Positions 10,083 to 19,678 are shown, counted from the first letter of the stretch. The stretch is DNA of 64,000 nt from an uncultured Gammaproteobacteria bacterium (GCA_964525225.1 CAZGDX010000001.1:40654-104653), one strand, 5' to 3'. Numbers and translations: made by a program. Notes: generated by a model from the letters alone, not told the origin.

Positions 10083-10158
10083 GGGTTAGTAGCTCAGTTG
10101 GCAGAGCACCGGACTTTTAATTCGATGGTCGAGGGTTCGAGCCCCTCCTGACCCACCA
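10083..10158 (+). tRNA. tRNA-Lys(UUU)
   Basis: Acceptor GGGTTAG/CTGACCC; anticodon loop CTTTTAA; encoded CCA. Confidence 0.93.
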
Positions 10159-10377
10159 CACACAGGGTCCAAATCGCTTTATGGCGAGGCGGACCCTTTT
10201 TCCTTATTAGTTTTTACGTAAATTTATTTTGTTTTCGTTTATTGTCTTGAAAAGCTGTAAATTGCGGCTTGTTTGGATAATTGGCGAAAATGGTTTTGCC
10301 AATTGGGTCGTTGAAAATTAACCCTCCATTTGGAAAATGGAGGCAAACAAAAAAGAAAAAAGAAGGAGGATGTTGAG

Positions 10378-12681
10378 ATGAGGCACGAGAACACGGATTT
10401 GAATAACGCGATTTGTTTGGGTGTTTTTGCCGCTGTCGCGACGATTGTTTTTTTCGTGATGTCCGGATGCATTCAGGAGGACCTGCGGCGGACTTGCGAC
10501 GATTCGGATTGTTGCGCCGAGGATTCCGATTGCGATGACGAGCTTGCGTGCACGACCGATTCTTGCGTGCGCGGAGAATGCATGTTTACTGCGGTTGACG
10601 AATTGTGTGCCGATGGCGAGGTTTGCAACCTTGCGAGCGGCTGCGTTACCGAAAATGAGTGCGACGATGACGGAGATTGTGAAGACGCCTTTGATTGTAC
10701 TGGTGATGACTGCATTGGTGGCGTCTGCATTCACGTGGCGGATTCCGACCTCTGCGAAGAGGACGAGGTTTGCAATGAGTCAAGCGGATGTGTCCGCGAG
10801 GCAGAGTGTGTTTTTGACCGCGACTGCGACGAGGAAGGCCCGGATTGCAATGCCGATCGGTGCGCGGACGGAACCTGCGAGCGCGAGCCCAGCGATGGGC
10901 TTTGCGCCGACGGCTATGTCTGTAACGCGAGCGGCATTTGTGTTTTGGGTCATGAAGACGAGTGTGACGACGACGAAGATTGCGAGGATGGTGTGGCTTG
11001 CACCGAAGACGATTGTAGCGTCGGCAGGTGCATTTTCCGTCCTATGGATAATCGCTGCGACTCGTTTGAAGAGTGCGATGTCGAGCTCGGATGCGTTTGG
11101 GAGAGTTGGGTGCAGTGCGAGGTGAGTGGCGAGTGCACGGACGGTGTGGGTTGCACACGCAATATGTGTATTGGCCATCTATGTGTGTTTGAGCCAATGG
11201 ATGAGTCCTGCGGCGAGAACGAGCGTTGCGACACAACGCTCGGATGCATTGCAATGCCGGAGTGCGATGACGATACGGATTGCGATGATGGACAAATTTG
11301 CACGACCGACACTTGCGACGATGGCGAGTGCGCCAATACTCCAGTGAATAGTCGATGCGATGACGGCAATTACTGTTCTGCTGATATCTGTTTGGCTTCT
11401 GGTGAGTGCGTTCATATGCCACTCGATAGCTACTGTGCCGCGGACGGCGAACATTGTTCGCTGGCTGCCGGCGGTTGCGTGGAGTGTACTTCCAACAGCC
11501 ACTGCGCGGATTTTGAGTTTTGCAACGCCGATTACGAGTGCGAGAGCGGATGTGGTTCGTGCGACGATGGTGTTTTTTGCACCAATGATATTTGCACAAT
11601 TTATGGTTGTACTCACACCGCGACAAACTCTCGATGCGGCAGTTCTTTGCCGTATTGCCACTCGACCCGCGGTTGCGTGGAATGCCTCACAGACGCTCAT
11701 TGCGCGAGCAATGAACACTGTGATGGTTATGTCTGCGTGGCAGACGCCGAGTGCGATGCTGATTCTGACTGCGACGATTCCATCGCCTGCACTACCAACG
11801 ATTGCGATACTGCCGGACGTTGTCTTTACACGCCGAACGACGCTTTTTGCGATGATGGCGTGTACTGCACAGTAGACGATTGTTCGCTTGCCGAGCGCGG
11901 TTGTACTCACACCGCGACAAACTCTCGATGCGGCAGTTCTTTGCCGTATTGCCACTCGACCCGCGGTTGCGTGGAATGCCTCACGGATTCTCACTGTGGG
12001 ACGGGCGAGTATTGCAGCAGTTATGTCTGCGTGGTCGATGCCGAGTGTGATTATGATGCCGATTGTTCTGACGGCGTGTACTGTACTGTGGACGACTGCG
12101 CGAGCGGTTTCTGCACGAACACGGCCGACAACACGCGTTGTTCCTATGGTTTGCTTTGCCATTTGACCGCTGGTTGCGTGGAGTGCAGGACAGACGCGGA
12201 TTGTAGTTCTTCCGAGAGCTGCGCCTCGGACCACACTTGTGTATCCGATATCTGCACTTACGATTCTGACTGTTCCGACGACATTGCCTGCACGGTGGAC
12301 GACTGCACGTCGGCTCACGATTGCACGCACACGGCGATGAATTCGCTGTGTCTGTCTGGACAGTATTGCGATCCTCTATACGGATGCCGCACGAGCACTG
12401 GTTCCGATCTGGACTACGATGGCATTCCGGACAGTTCCGATAACTGTCCGACAACGCCAAATCCCGGGCAGGCAGACATGGATTATGACCACATCGGCGA
12501 CGTGTGCGACTGTGATGTGGACGGCGACGGTTCTGTCGCGTTCATCTGTGGTGGCTGGGATTGTAACGACTACAATAACAGCGTGCATCCCGGCGCTTGG
12601 GAGGATTGCGACGACGGCATGGATAATGATTGTGATGACCTGATCGATGGTTACGATGCCGACTGCGGTTGCTGTTCCTGA
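10378..12681 (+). CDS. Cys/Asp-rich repeat surface lipoprotein (CDDGxxCTxDxC repeats, TSP3-like and MopE-like C-terminal motifs)
   Basis: AGGAGG SD before ATG 10378; lipobox-like VMSGC; many CxDGxxCTxDxC units; DLDYDGIPDSSDNCP; DCNDYNNSVHPGAWEDCDDGMDNDCD. Confidence 0.85.
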   Translation: MRHENTDLNNAICLGVFAAVATIVFFVMSGCIQEDLRRTCDDSDCCAEDSDCDDELACTTDSCVRGECMFTAVDELCADGEVCNLASGCVTENECDDDGDCEDAFDCTGDDCIGGVCIHVADSDLCEEDEVCNESSGCVREAECVFDRDCDEEGPDCNADRCADGTCEREPSDGLCADGYVCNASGICVLGHEDECDDDEDCEDGVACTEDDCSVGRCIFRPMDNRCDSFEECDVELGCVWESWVQCEVSGECTDGVGCTRNMCIGHLCVFEPMDESCGENERCDTTLGCIAMPECDDDTDCDDGQICTTDTCDDGECANTPVNSRCDDGNYCSADICLASGECVHMPLDSYCAADGEHCSLAAGGCVECTSNSHCADFEFCNADYECESGCGSCDDGVFCTNDICTIYGCTHTATNSRCGSSLPYCHSTRGCVECLTDAHCASNEHCDGYVCVADAECDADSDCDDSIACTTNDCDTAGRCLYTPNDAFCDDGVYCTVDDCSLAERGCTHTATNSRCGSSLPYCHSTRGCVECLTDSHCGTGEYCSSYVCVVDAECDYDADCSDGVYCTVDDCASGFCTNTADNTRCSYGLLCHLTAGCVECRTDADCSSSESCASDHTCVSDICTYDSDCSDDIACTVDDCTSAHDCTHTAMNSLCLSGQYCDPLYGCRTSTGSDLDYDGIPDSSDNCPTTPNPGQADMDYDHIGDVCDCDVDGDGSVAFICGGWDCNDYNNSVHPGAWEDCDDGMDNDCDDLIDGYDADCGCCS
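11605..11984 (+). repeat. Identical 86-bp intragenic direct repeat (11605-11690 and 11899-11984)
   Basis: Both copies encode GCTHTATNSRCGSSLPYCHSTRGCVECLT; offset 294 nt (98 codons). Confidence 0.92.
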
Positions 12682-12760
12682 TGTCAACCACACCTTGAAA
12701 GGAGGTGAATAGTTCTTTGAGGGTTTCCTAATATAGGAAGCCCTCTTTTTTATCTCCGTA

Positions 12761-12831
12761 TGTCATCCTCGGGGCAGCGAAGCGGATCCCTGGGATCCAC
12801 GTGGATTCCCCGAACAAGTCGGGGAATGACA
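12761..12831 (+). repeat. TGTCAT...ATGACA palindromic repeat family
   Basis: Related copies at about 20585-20631 (partial, near-identical), 53593-53674 and 59846-59914. Confidence 0.8.
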
Positions 12832-12993
12832 GAATGGTTTAGGGCGAGGTAATCCTTTATCTCTTTGTTCCTCTTGACATCTTTTTATTTTTTTGTTAAG
12901 ATAATGTGACATCTTTAAAAAACGCCCGAAAATAAAAAAACGGGCAAAAAACCGTCCTACGCTAAAAAGCTGCGGACGGCAAAGGAGGACAAA

Positions 12994-13671
12994 ATGGCAG
13001 GAAGAAGCGCGCTCGTGGCTCTATGTGTTCTTTTCGTTTTTGGTACCATGGGTTCCAGTTGCGCGGTTCAGCCGCCACCGGAGCCGGTGGAGTGCTATTC
13101 GGACAGCGATTGTTATGACGGCGTGAATTGCACTGATGATTATTGCTTCCGCAATTTTTGTGAGAATTACGAGAATGATGAAAATTGTCCGGTAAACGAG
13201 TGGTGCGATATGCGCCGCGGATGTATCAGCAACGATGTCCCGCCCCCTGTTGATTGCCATAGCGATATCGATTGTTTTGATGGAGTTTATTGCACCTGGG
13301 ACCTGTGCGAACAGGGCGAATGCGGAAATTACGACAGCGGAATTTGCGGAGTCGGGTACTATTGCGATTCGCTTTTGGATTGCCAGCCGATCGTCACGGT
13401 TTACGACTCTGATGGTGATGGTATTGAGGATTCTATAGACAACTGTTGGGAATTTTATAACCCGTGGCAGGAAGATATGGATTGGGACGGTTGGGGTGAC
13501 GCTTGCGATTGCGACGCGGATGGCGATTGGTACGACGACGCTGTTTGGTGTGGCGGATTGGATTGCAACGATTACGATTTGTATGTCAACCCCAGCGCTG
13601 TTGAGTGGTGTAACGATTGGATTGACAATGACTGTGATGGGTATATTGATTATTACGATTACTGCTGGTAA
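12994..13671 (+). CDS. Cys/Asp-rich lipoprotein, shorter paralog of 10378-12681
   Basis: AGGAGG SD; lipobox-like MGSSC; CYDGVNCTDDYC, DSDGDGIEDSIDNC and DCNDYDLYVNPSAVEWCNDWIDNDCDG. Confidence 0.85.
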   Translation: MAGRSALVALCVLFVFGTMGSSCAVQPPPEPVECYSDSDCYDGVNCTDDYCFRNFCENYENDENCPVNEWCDMRRGCISNDVPPPVDCHSDIDCFDGVYCTWDLCEQGECGNYDSGICGVGYYCDSLLDCQPIVTVYDSDGDGIEDSIDNCWEFYNPWQEDMDWDGWGDACDCDADGDWYDDAVWCGGLDCNDYDLYVNPSAVEWCNDWIDNDCDGYIDYYDYCW

Positions 13672-13751
13672 CAGTTTTTATGCCCTTGGCAAATATGCCA
13701 AGGGTTTTTTATTTTATCTCTTTATTATTTTATAAAGAAAAAGATAAAATA

Positions 13752-13865
13752 ACCCTGCTCTAAACTGTTGTAATTACAACTAATTTTAATTTAGCGGAAG
13801 CCGAAGGCGTTTCCGAGAGACATACCCGAAAAATTATTAAATCGGCTTCGGGTTTAGGGTGGGGT
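13752..13865. mobile_element. ~114-bp inverted-repeat-bounded element (MITE/REP-like)
   Basis: Ends accctgctctaaac / gtttagggtggggt; the 22-nt core ggaagccgaaggcgtttccgag is identical in the copy at 61333-61445. Confidence 0.7.
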
Positions 13866-13934
13866 AGTCCTTTATTAATCTTCTTGATTTTATAGCTAAT
13901 AGTTGATAAGCTTTAAGCATAAATTATCTTTCGT

Positions 13935-14456
13935 ATGGATTTAAGACATCACATCCGCGAAGTTCCGGATTGGCCGAAATTAGGTATCCGTTTTTACGAC
14001 ATAACCACGCTTCTGGAAAATCCCGAAGCGTTGAAATATGCGATAGATAAATTAGCCGAGCCATTCCAAAATCAGAAAATAGATAAAGTTGTCGGCATTG
14101 ACGCGCGCGGTTTTTTGCTCGCATCCGCGGTTGCGTACATTTTGGGTTCAGGCGTTTCACTTGTCAGGAAAAAAGGAAAATTGCCGTATAAAACAATCTC
14201 CCGCGATTATACTTTGGAATACGCGTCAAACACCGTGGAAATGCACGAAGACACTATTAAACAGGGAGAAAGGGTGATTTTAATAGATGATTTAATTGCC
14301 ACAGGAGGCACCGCTTGCGCCGCGGTTGAGCTTATAGAACAAATGGGCGGACAAATTGTCGGAGTTGGATTTTTGGTGGATTTACCGTTTTTGGGAGGAA
14401 TAGAGCGATTATCAAAGTACAGTCCGTTTTCATTGGTAAAGTATCAAAACGAGTAA
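13935..14456 (+). CDS. apt: Adenine phosphoribosyltransferase
   Basis: PDWPKLGIRFYDIT, GIDARGF, RKKGKLP, LIDDLIATGGT. Confidence 0.96.
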   Translation: MDLRHHIREVPDWPKLGIRFYDITTLLENPEALKYAIDKLAEPFQNQKIDKVVGIDARGFLLASAVAYILGSGVSLVRKKGKLPYKTISRDYTLEYASNTVEMHEDTIKQGERVILIDDLIATGGTACAAVELIEQMGGQIVGVGFLVDLPFLGGIERLSKYSPFSLVKYQNE

Positions 14457-14542
14457 GGAACAAAACTCCCACTAATCCATACCACTAATCCGCACTAATT
14501 ATTCGTGAGTATTGGTGGCAGAAATTAGTGGAAGTCTAGTAC
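14457..14542. repeat. ~85-100-bp imperfect palindrome family (CAC(T/G)AAT / ATT(A/C)GTG subunits), copy 1 of 6
   Basis: Other copies at 18063-18148, 22487-22586, 28199-28284, 30901-30985 and 36882-36977; ends resemble GGWAC-AAACTTCCAC ... GTGGRAGTCTAGTWCC. Confidence 0.85.
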
Positions 14543-14556
14543 ATAATTTATAGACT

Positions 14557-15345
14557 ATGATTGGTATTTTTGGCGGCTCGGGATTTTACGAGCTTTTGGA
14601 AAAATCTTCAGAAGTGGAAATAAAAACTCCGTACGGATTTCCGTCGGATAAAATTACGATTGGCGAGTATGCCGGAAAACGCGTGGCTTTTCTGCCAAGG
14701 CACGGAAAAAATCACAGGTTTGCTCCGCACACAATTCCTTACCGTGCGAACATCTGGGCAATGAAAGAACTTGGGGCGACAAAAATTTTCGGGCCATGCG
14801 CCGCCGGAGGACTTCAGGAAGAAGTGAGACCGGGCGACTTCGTCATCTGCGACAGTTTTGTTGACAGAACCCGCGGTAGGCAGGATACTTTTTTTGAATT
14901 TGACGATGTAAGACATATTTCATCAGCCAAGCCGTATTGTCCGGAACTGCGGAAAATCGCTTTGGAAACTGCCGGAGAGCTTGGAATCGTCGCGCACAAT
15001 GGCGGAACGGTTGTAATAATAAACGGCCCGCGATTTTCATCCGTTGCCGAAAGCAGGTGGTTTTCTTCGGCCGGATTTTCGGTAATAAATATGACAGGAT
15101 ATCCGGAAGTGATTTTGGCAAACGAACTTGGAATTTGTTATGTGAATATTTCTTTGATTACCGACTACGATTGCGGTCTTGAAGGACAAGGAAGCATTAG
15201 GGCGTCAGATGTAAATGAAATTTTTGCCACTTTCAAAAGCAATAACGAGCGGATTAAAAAAATGATTTTCAAAATGATAGAAAAAACAGAAGACAAGCCG
15301 TGCCTTCGTTGCGTAAGAAAAGCCGAAGCGGCCAAGCTTAAGTAA
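14557..15345 (+). CDS. mtnP: S-methyl-5'-thioadenosine phosphorylase
   Basis: IGIFGGSG, TPYGFPS, FLPRHG, YRANIWA, GPRFSS, ITDYD. Confidence 0.9.
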   Translation: MIGIFGGSGFYELLEKSSEVEIKTPYGFPSDKITIGEYAGKRVAFLPRHGKNHRFAPHTIPYRANIWAMKELGATKIFGPCAAGGLQEEVRPGDFVICDSFVDRTRGRQDTFFEFDDVRHISSAKPYCPELRKIALETAGELGIVAHNGGTVVIINGPRFSSVAESRWFSSAGFSVINMTGYPEVILANELGICYVNISLITDYDCGLEGQGSIRASDVNEIFATFKSNNERIKKMIFKMIEKTEDKPCLRCVRKAEAAKLK

Positions 15346-15494
15346 AAATCCGAATTTTAAATTATAAATTTTAAATCAAATCCGAATTTTCAAGTTTAAA
15401 TTTTAAAACAGACGGCGAAATAATTTTTTAATTTTAGTCTTCATGTTTTAATCTTGAATTAAAATTGAAAAATTGATAATTGAAAATTTCATCT

Positions 15495-16742
15495 ATGTTA
15501 TATTCACAAATATTTCCAAAGACACAAAAGACCGCGCCGGCAGATGAAGAATCAAAAAATGCAAAATTTTTGGTTCGCGCCGGATTCACGGATAAATTGA
15601 TGGCCGGAGTTTATTCCTGGCTTCCTTTGGGATTGCGCGTGCGCGTCAAAGTGGAAGAGATAATCCGCGAAGAAATGAACGCCCTCGGCGCCAACGAAAT
15701 TTTGATGCCGGCATTGCAACCGAAAGAGAATTGGGACGCGACTAAACGTTGGGATTCTATGGATGTGCTTTTTAAAATTAAAAGCCAGACCGGAAAAGAA
15801 GTGGCGCTCGGGCCCACGCATGAAGAAATTGTTACTCCACTTGTCGGAAAATTCATCAAATCCTATAAAGATTTGCCGTTCGCGCTTTATCAGATACAAA
15901 ATAAATTCCGCGATGAATTGCGCGCCAAAAGCGGATTGCTTCGTGGCAGGGAATTTGGAATGAAGGACTTATACAGCTTTCACGCGGATGAAAAGTGTCT
16001 GGAAAAATATTATGAAAAAGTCGCCAAAGTTTATGTAAAACTTTTCGGCCGGATGGGATTGAAGGCGGTGCGCGTGCGCGCCACCGGCGGCGCTTTTTCA
16101 AAATTCTCCGATGAATTCCAGGTGCTCACCCCGAACGGCGAAGATACAATTTATTGGTGCCCGAAATGCAAAGTTTATTACAATCAAGAGCTTGTGAAAA
16201 ATAATAAATGTCCGGAGGGGCATATGTTGGAAAAATCGGAAAAGGCGGTTGAAGTCGGAAATATTTTTAAACTCGGCACGCGCTTTTCCGATTCTTTCGG
16301 TTTAAGCTTCTTGGACAAAGCCGGAAAAAAACAGCCGGTAATAATGGGATGTTATGGTCTTGGTCCGACCCGCGTTATCGGCGCTATCGCCGAACTTAAA
16401 AGCGATGACCGCGGTCTTATCTGGCCGAAATCAGTCGCACCATACGCGGTGCATCTTTTGGGATTGAATCTGAATGATAAAAAGATTAAAAAGGTTGCGG
16501 AAGATTTATATGAAAAGCTGGAAAAGCTTGGAGTTGAAGTTTTATACGATGACCGTGTGGAATCATCTGCCGGAGAAAAATTCGCCGACGCGGATTTAAT
16601 CGGCATCCCATTACGTCTTGTCATCTCTTCCCGAAGCATGGAGCATAAATCCGTAGAGTGGAAGATGCGAAATGAGCAGAAGGCGAAGCAGGTTAAGATC
16701 GCCAGCATTGTAAATGAAGTTAAGAGGTGGGCTAATAAATAA
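15495..16742 (+). CDS. proS: Prolyl-tRNA synthetase (no editing insertion)
   Basis: LGPTHEE, KFRDELR..GLLRGREF.MKD.YSF, VEVGNIFKLG, MGCYGLG, GEKFADADLIGIP. Confidence 0.96.
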   Translation: MLYSQIFPKTQKTAPADEESKNAKFLVRAGFTDKLMAGVYSWLPLGLRVRVKVEEIIREEMNALGANEILMPALQPKENWDATKRWDSMDVLFKIKSQTGKEVALGPTHEEIVTPLVGKFIKSYKDLPFALYQIQNKFRDELRAKSGLLRGREFGMKDLYSFHADEKCLEKYYEKVAKVYVKLFGRMGLKAVRVRATGGAFSKFSDEFQVLTPNGEDTIYWCPKCKVYYNQELVKNNKCPEGHMLEKSEKAVEVGNIFKLGTRFSDSFGLSFLDKAGKKQPVIMGCYGLGPTRVIGAIAELKSDDRGLIWPKSVAPYAVHLLGLNLNDKKIKKVAEDLYEKLEKLGVEVLYDDRVESSAGEKFADADLIGIPLRLVISSRSMEHKSVEWKMRNEQKAKQVKIASIVNEVKRWANK

Positions 16743-16799
16743 AACATCAATTTACTTCTGTTGGCGCGAAGTCCCTCACTTGCGTGCTAGTGAGGGAGG

Positions 16800-16889
16800 G
16801 TGGAGTGGAAGGAGAGAGATAAAAAAGAGGGGAAGATTGTGAAGATGGGAAGCGTCATTAAAGAAGTTAAAAAGTTCGTATCGCATTAG
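16800..16889 (+). pseudogene. Displaced divergent copy of the proS 3' end
   Basis: VEWKERDKKEGKIVKMGSVIKEVKKFVSH* aligns without gaps to the proS end VEWKMRNEQKAKQVKIASIVNEVKRWANK* (16653-16742); preceded by a hairpin at 16772-16797. Confidence 0.8.
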
Positions 16890-16923
16890 ATAATAAAAAG
16901 ACCCCGTGCGGGGTCTTTTTAAA

Positions 16924-17208
16924 TTATCTCTTATTTTTCAATACATCTTTAAGTTTCTTTCCTGTCTTGAATTTTGCCACTATAACCGATGGCATTTCAA
17001 TCTTTTGCGCGGTGTTCCGCGGGTTTACGCCGACCCGTCCTTTGCGGGCGCGGGCGCTGAATGTGCCGAATCCGGTGAGCGATACTTCGCCGCCGTTTTT
17101 TAACGTGGAGATGATTGTATCGGTAATCGCGTCAATTATCTCATCGGCTTTTGACTTTTGGACATTGCATTTTTCCGCAATGGCGTGGGCAAGTTGTGCC
17201 TTATTCAT
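16924..17208 (-). CDS. hup: HU family DNA-binding protein
   Basis: MNKAQL..GFGTF..RKGRVGVNPRN..KFKTGKKLK. Confidence 0.95.
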   Translation of the reverse strand: MNKAQLAHAIAEKCNVQKSKADEIIDAITDTIISTLKNGGEVSLTGFGTFSARARKGRVGVNPRNTAQKIEMPSVIVAKFKTGKKLKDVLKNKR

Positions 17209-17248
17209 AAAACCTCAGATTTACGGGCACAGATAACACAGATATTAT

Positions 17249-18055
17249 CTATGCGCTTTTTATTTCTTTATAAATTCTTTCTATTTTTTTTGCTTTTTTA
17301 GTTTTGGGATCAATCTGTATCAGGACAGCGTTTAGTATTGCCGGCCATTCATCCGCAATTTCATATTTATGTTTTGTCCCCTCTGTATAAGATTTTACAA
17401 TACTTTCAGGATTTTCGCCAATTATGGAGTTTTTCGCGCCCGTCATTCCGACATCCGTGATGTAGGCGGTTGATTTATCAAACATTTGTTCGTCAGCCGT
17501 CGGTACGTGAGTATGTGTTCCGACCAGCGCCGAGATTCTTCCTTTGGCATAATGCAGAAGCGCTATTTTTTCCGATGTTGCTTCAGCGTGAAAATCTACA
17601 AATATTCCGTTCAGTTTTTCTTTCTTGTATTTTTCGAGTATCTTATCAAGAGTTTTAAAAGGGGATTCGTATTCTTCTTGGATGAAGACTTGCCCGTTTA
17701 AATTTATCACCAAAAGTTTATACTTCCCACTCTTGATTATTTTTTCTCCATCTCCAGTTTTGTTTTTATGGTTTGCCGGGCGGATAATAATGTTATTTAG
17801 CGCCGTGTCGGCAAACACTTTTTCTGCCTCATCTTTTTTGTCAAAAATATGATTGCCGGAGGTAAAGAATTGCGCGCCGGCATCAAGCGCGTCCGCCACT
17901 GTTTTTCTGGTAATTCCAAGCCCGTGCGCCAAGTTTTCCGCATTGGCGATGATAAAATTTGGCTTATATTTTTTAATCAAAGAAGGCAGGGCTTTGCGCA
18001 CCGTCTGCCTTCCGATTTTTCCGATTAAATCTCCGATAAAGAGAATTTTTAACAT
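17249..18055 (-). CDS. ymdB: YmdB-like metallophosphoesterase
   Basis: ILFIGDLIG, NAEN, TSGNH, DFHAEATSEK, GTHTHVPTAD, TDVGMTG; downstream of rny. Confidence 0.9.
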   Translation of the reverse strand: MLKILFIGDLIGKIGRQTVRKALPSLIKKYKPNFIIANAENLAHGLGITRKTVADALDAGAQFFTSGNHIFDKKDEAEKVFADTALNNIIIRPANHKNKTGDGEKIIKSGKYKLLVINLNGQVFIQEEYESPFKTLDKILEKYKKEKLNGIFVDFHAEATSEKIALLHYAKGRISALVGTHTHVPTADEQMFDKSTAYITDVGMTGAKNSIIGENPESIVKSYTEGTKHKYEIADEWPAILNAVLIQIDPKTKKAKKIERIYKEIKSA

Positions 18056-18157
18056 AAATAATGTACTAGACTTCCACTAATTAATATCACGAATTCGCAC
18101 TAATAATTCGTGCGTATTCGTGGTTTAGATTTGTGGAAGTTTTGTTCCTTTTATCAC

Positions 18158-19678
18158 TTACTTCGCGTACTCCGTCACTCTGGTTTCGCGGATGACTGTA
18201 ATTCTGATTTCGCCGGGATAACGAAGCTCGGCTTCCACTTTTTTGGCGATGTCGCGCGCTAAATTGTACGCGCTCAAATCATCAATTTCTTGCGGTTTGA
18301 CGAAAACGCGCACTTCGCGTCCGGCTTGGATGGCATAGGCCTTTTGCACGCCGGAAAAAGATGTCGCCACGTTTTCAAGTTCGGTAAGCCGTTGGACATA
18401 TTGTTCCAAGGTTTCTTTTCTTGCGCCCGGGCGGGCGCCGGAAATCGCATCCGCGGCTTTAACTATAATTGCTTCAATGTTTTTCGGAGAATCGCTGTGG
18501 TGCGAAAGCGCCGGATAAGCGATTTCATCGGAAATTCCGAATTTTTTCAGCAAATTAAAACCGATTTCAGTGTGGTTTCCTTGGACTTCATGGTCTACGG
18601 CTTTGCCGATATCGTGGAAAAGGCCGCCTTTTTTGGCAAGCGCCACGTCAGCCCCAAGTTCCTCGGCCATTAATCCGGAAAGATGCGCTACTTCAAGGGA
18701 GTGCGCCAAAATGTTTTGTCCGTAGCTGGTGCGGTATTTGAGCCGTCCGAGAATCTGGACAAGTTTTGGGTCAAATCCGGCAACGCTGATTCCCAAGTTG
18801 AAAAGCGCATCTTCGCCGGCTTTCTTAATTTCAATTGCCAGTTCTTTTTTGGATTCTTCAATCGCTTCTTCAATGCGCGCCGGTTGGATTCTGCCGTCGG
18901 CGACAAGTTTGGTAAGCGCCAATTTGGCGATCTGCCTGCGGATGGGGGAAAATCCGGAAACCGTAATGACATTTGGGGTTTCGTCTACGATAAGTTCCGT
19001 GCCGGTAAGCTGTTCTATTGTTTTAATATTTCTTCCTTCTTTGCCAATGATTCTTCCTTTCATTTCGTCATTTGGAATATCCACGCTTGAAGTTGTTGTC
19101 TCGCAAGCATGAGACGCGGCTATGCGTTGTATCACGCTGGATAAAACATCGCGCGCTCTTTTTTGCAGTTCGTCCGCTCCGACTTCCTGAACTTTTCTAG
19201 CGCGGGAAAGAATTGCGTCCTTGGCATCATCTTCCGCTAAACGCATCAGCTCTTCTTTTGCCTGGCTTTGGGATAAATTGCTGATTTTTTCAAGTTTTAC
19301 AATTTCATCCTGTTTTATCTTTAATGTTTCGTCTTTTATTTTTTCAATTTCTTGGGTTTTTTCGGTAAGCTGATGTTCCTTGTCCTGGAATTCAAGAAGT
19401 TTTTGTTCAAAAAGTCCGGTTCTTTTTTGGAGCTTTTTTTGGTATTCCAAAAGGTCCCTCCTGATGTCGCGCTCTTCTTTCTTTGCGTCATCAATTATTT
19501 TTAAAGCGCGTTCTTTTGCCTGCATCAGATATTTTTGTCCGCGCGTTTTTGCCTCCTCAAGAAGTTTTTCGGCCCTGGATTCTACCGTGTTAGCCCGGCG
19601 TTTGGCTACAGCCCTTCGGAGCAGATAGCCCGATATGCCGCCTCCAAATAGTCCGACGATAATATATATCAAAGACAT
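18158..19678 (-). CDS. rny: Ribonuclease Y
   Basis: N-terminal TM, coiled coil, KH (MKGRIIGKEGRNI) and HD (FHDIGK) domains. Confidence 0.97.
   Translation of the reverse strand: MSLIYIIVGLFGGGISGYLLRRAVAKRRANTVESRAEKLLEEAKTRGQKYLMQAKERALKIIDDAKKEERDIRRDLLEYQKKLQKRTGLFEQKLLEFQDKEHQLTEKTQEIEKIKDETLKIKQDEIVKLEKISNLSQSQAKEELMRLAEDDAKDAILSRARKVQEVGADELQKRARDVLSSVIQRIAASHACETTTSSVDIPNDEMKGRIIGKEGRNIKTIEQLTGTELIVDETPNVITVSGFSPIRRQIAKLALTKLVADGRIQPARIEEAIEESKKELAIEIKKAGEDALFNLGISVAGFDPKLVQILGRLKYRTSYGQNILAHSLEVAHLSGLMAEELGADVALAKKGGLFHDIGKAVDHEVQGNHTEIGFNLLKKFGISDEIAYPALSHHSDSPKNIEAIIVKAADAISGARPGARKETLEQYVQRLTELENVATSFSGVQKAYAIQAGREVRVFVKPQEIDDLSAYNLARDIAKKVEAELRYPGEIRITVIRETRVTEYAK

Noticed and set aside
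11605-11984. 86-bp repeat as a DGR TR/VR pair
   Set aside because: The copies are identical and both in frame mid-gene; there are no adenine-specific mismatches.
11179-12330. 383-aa antisense ORF and other overlapping ORFs in the Cys-rich gene
   Set aside because: Shadow frames of a GC-rich, codon-biased repeat gene; no SD or recognisable motifs.
13752-13865. Canonical integron attC site
   Set aside because: The ends do not fit RYYYAAC/GTTRRRY and no intI is in the window; kept only as a cassette-like analogy.
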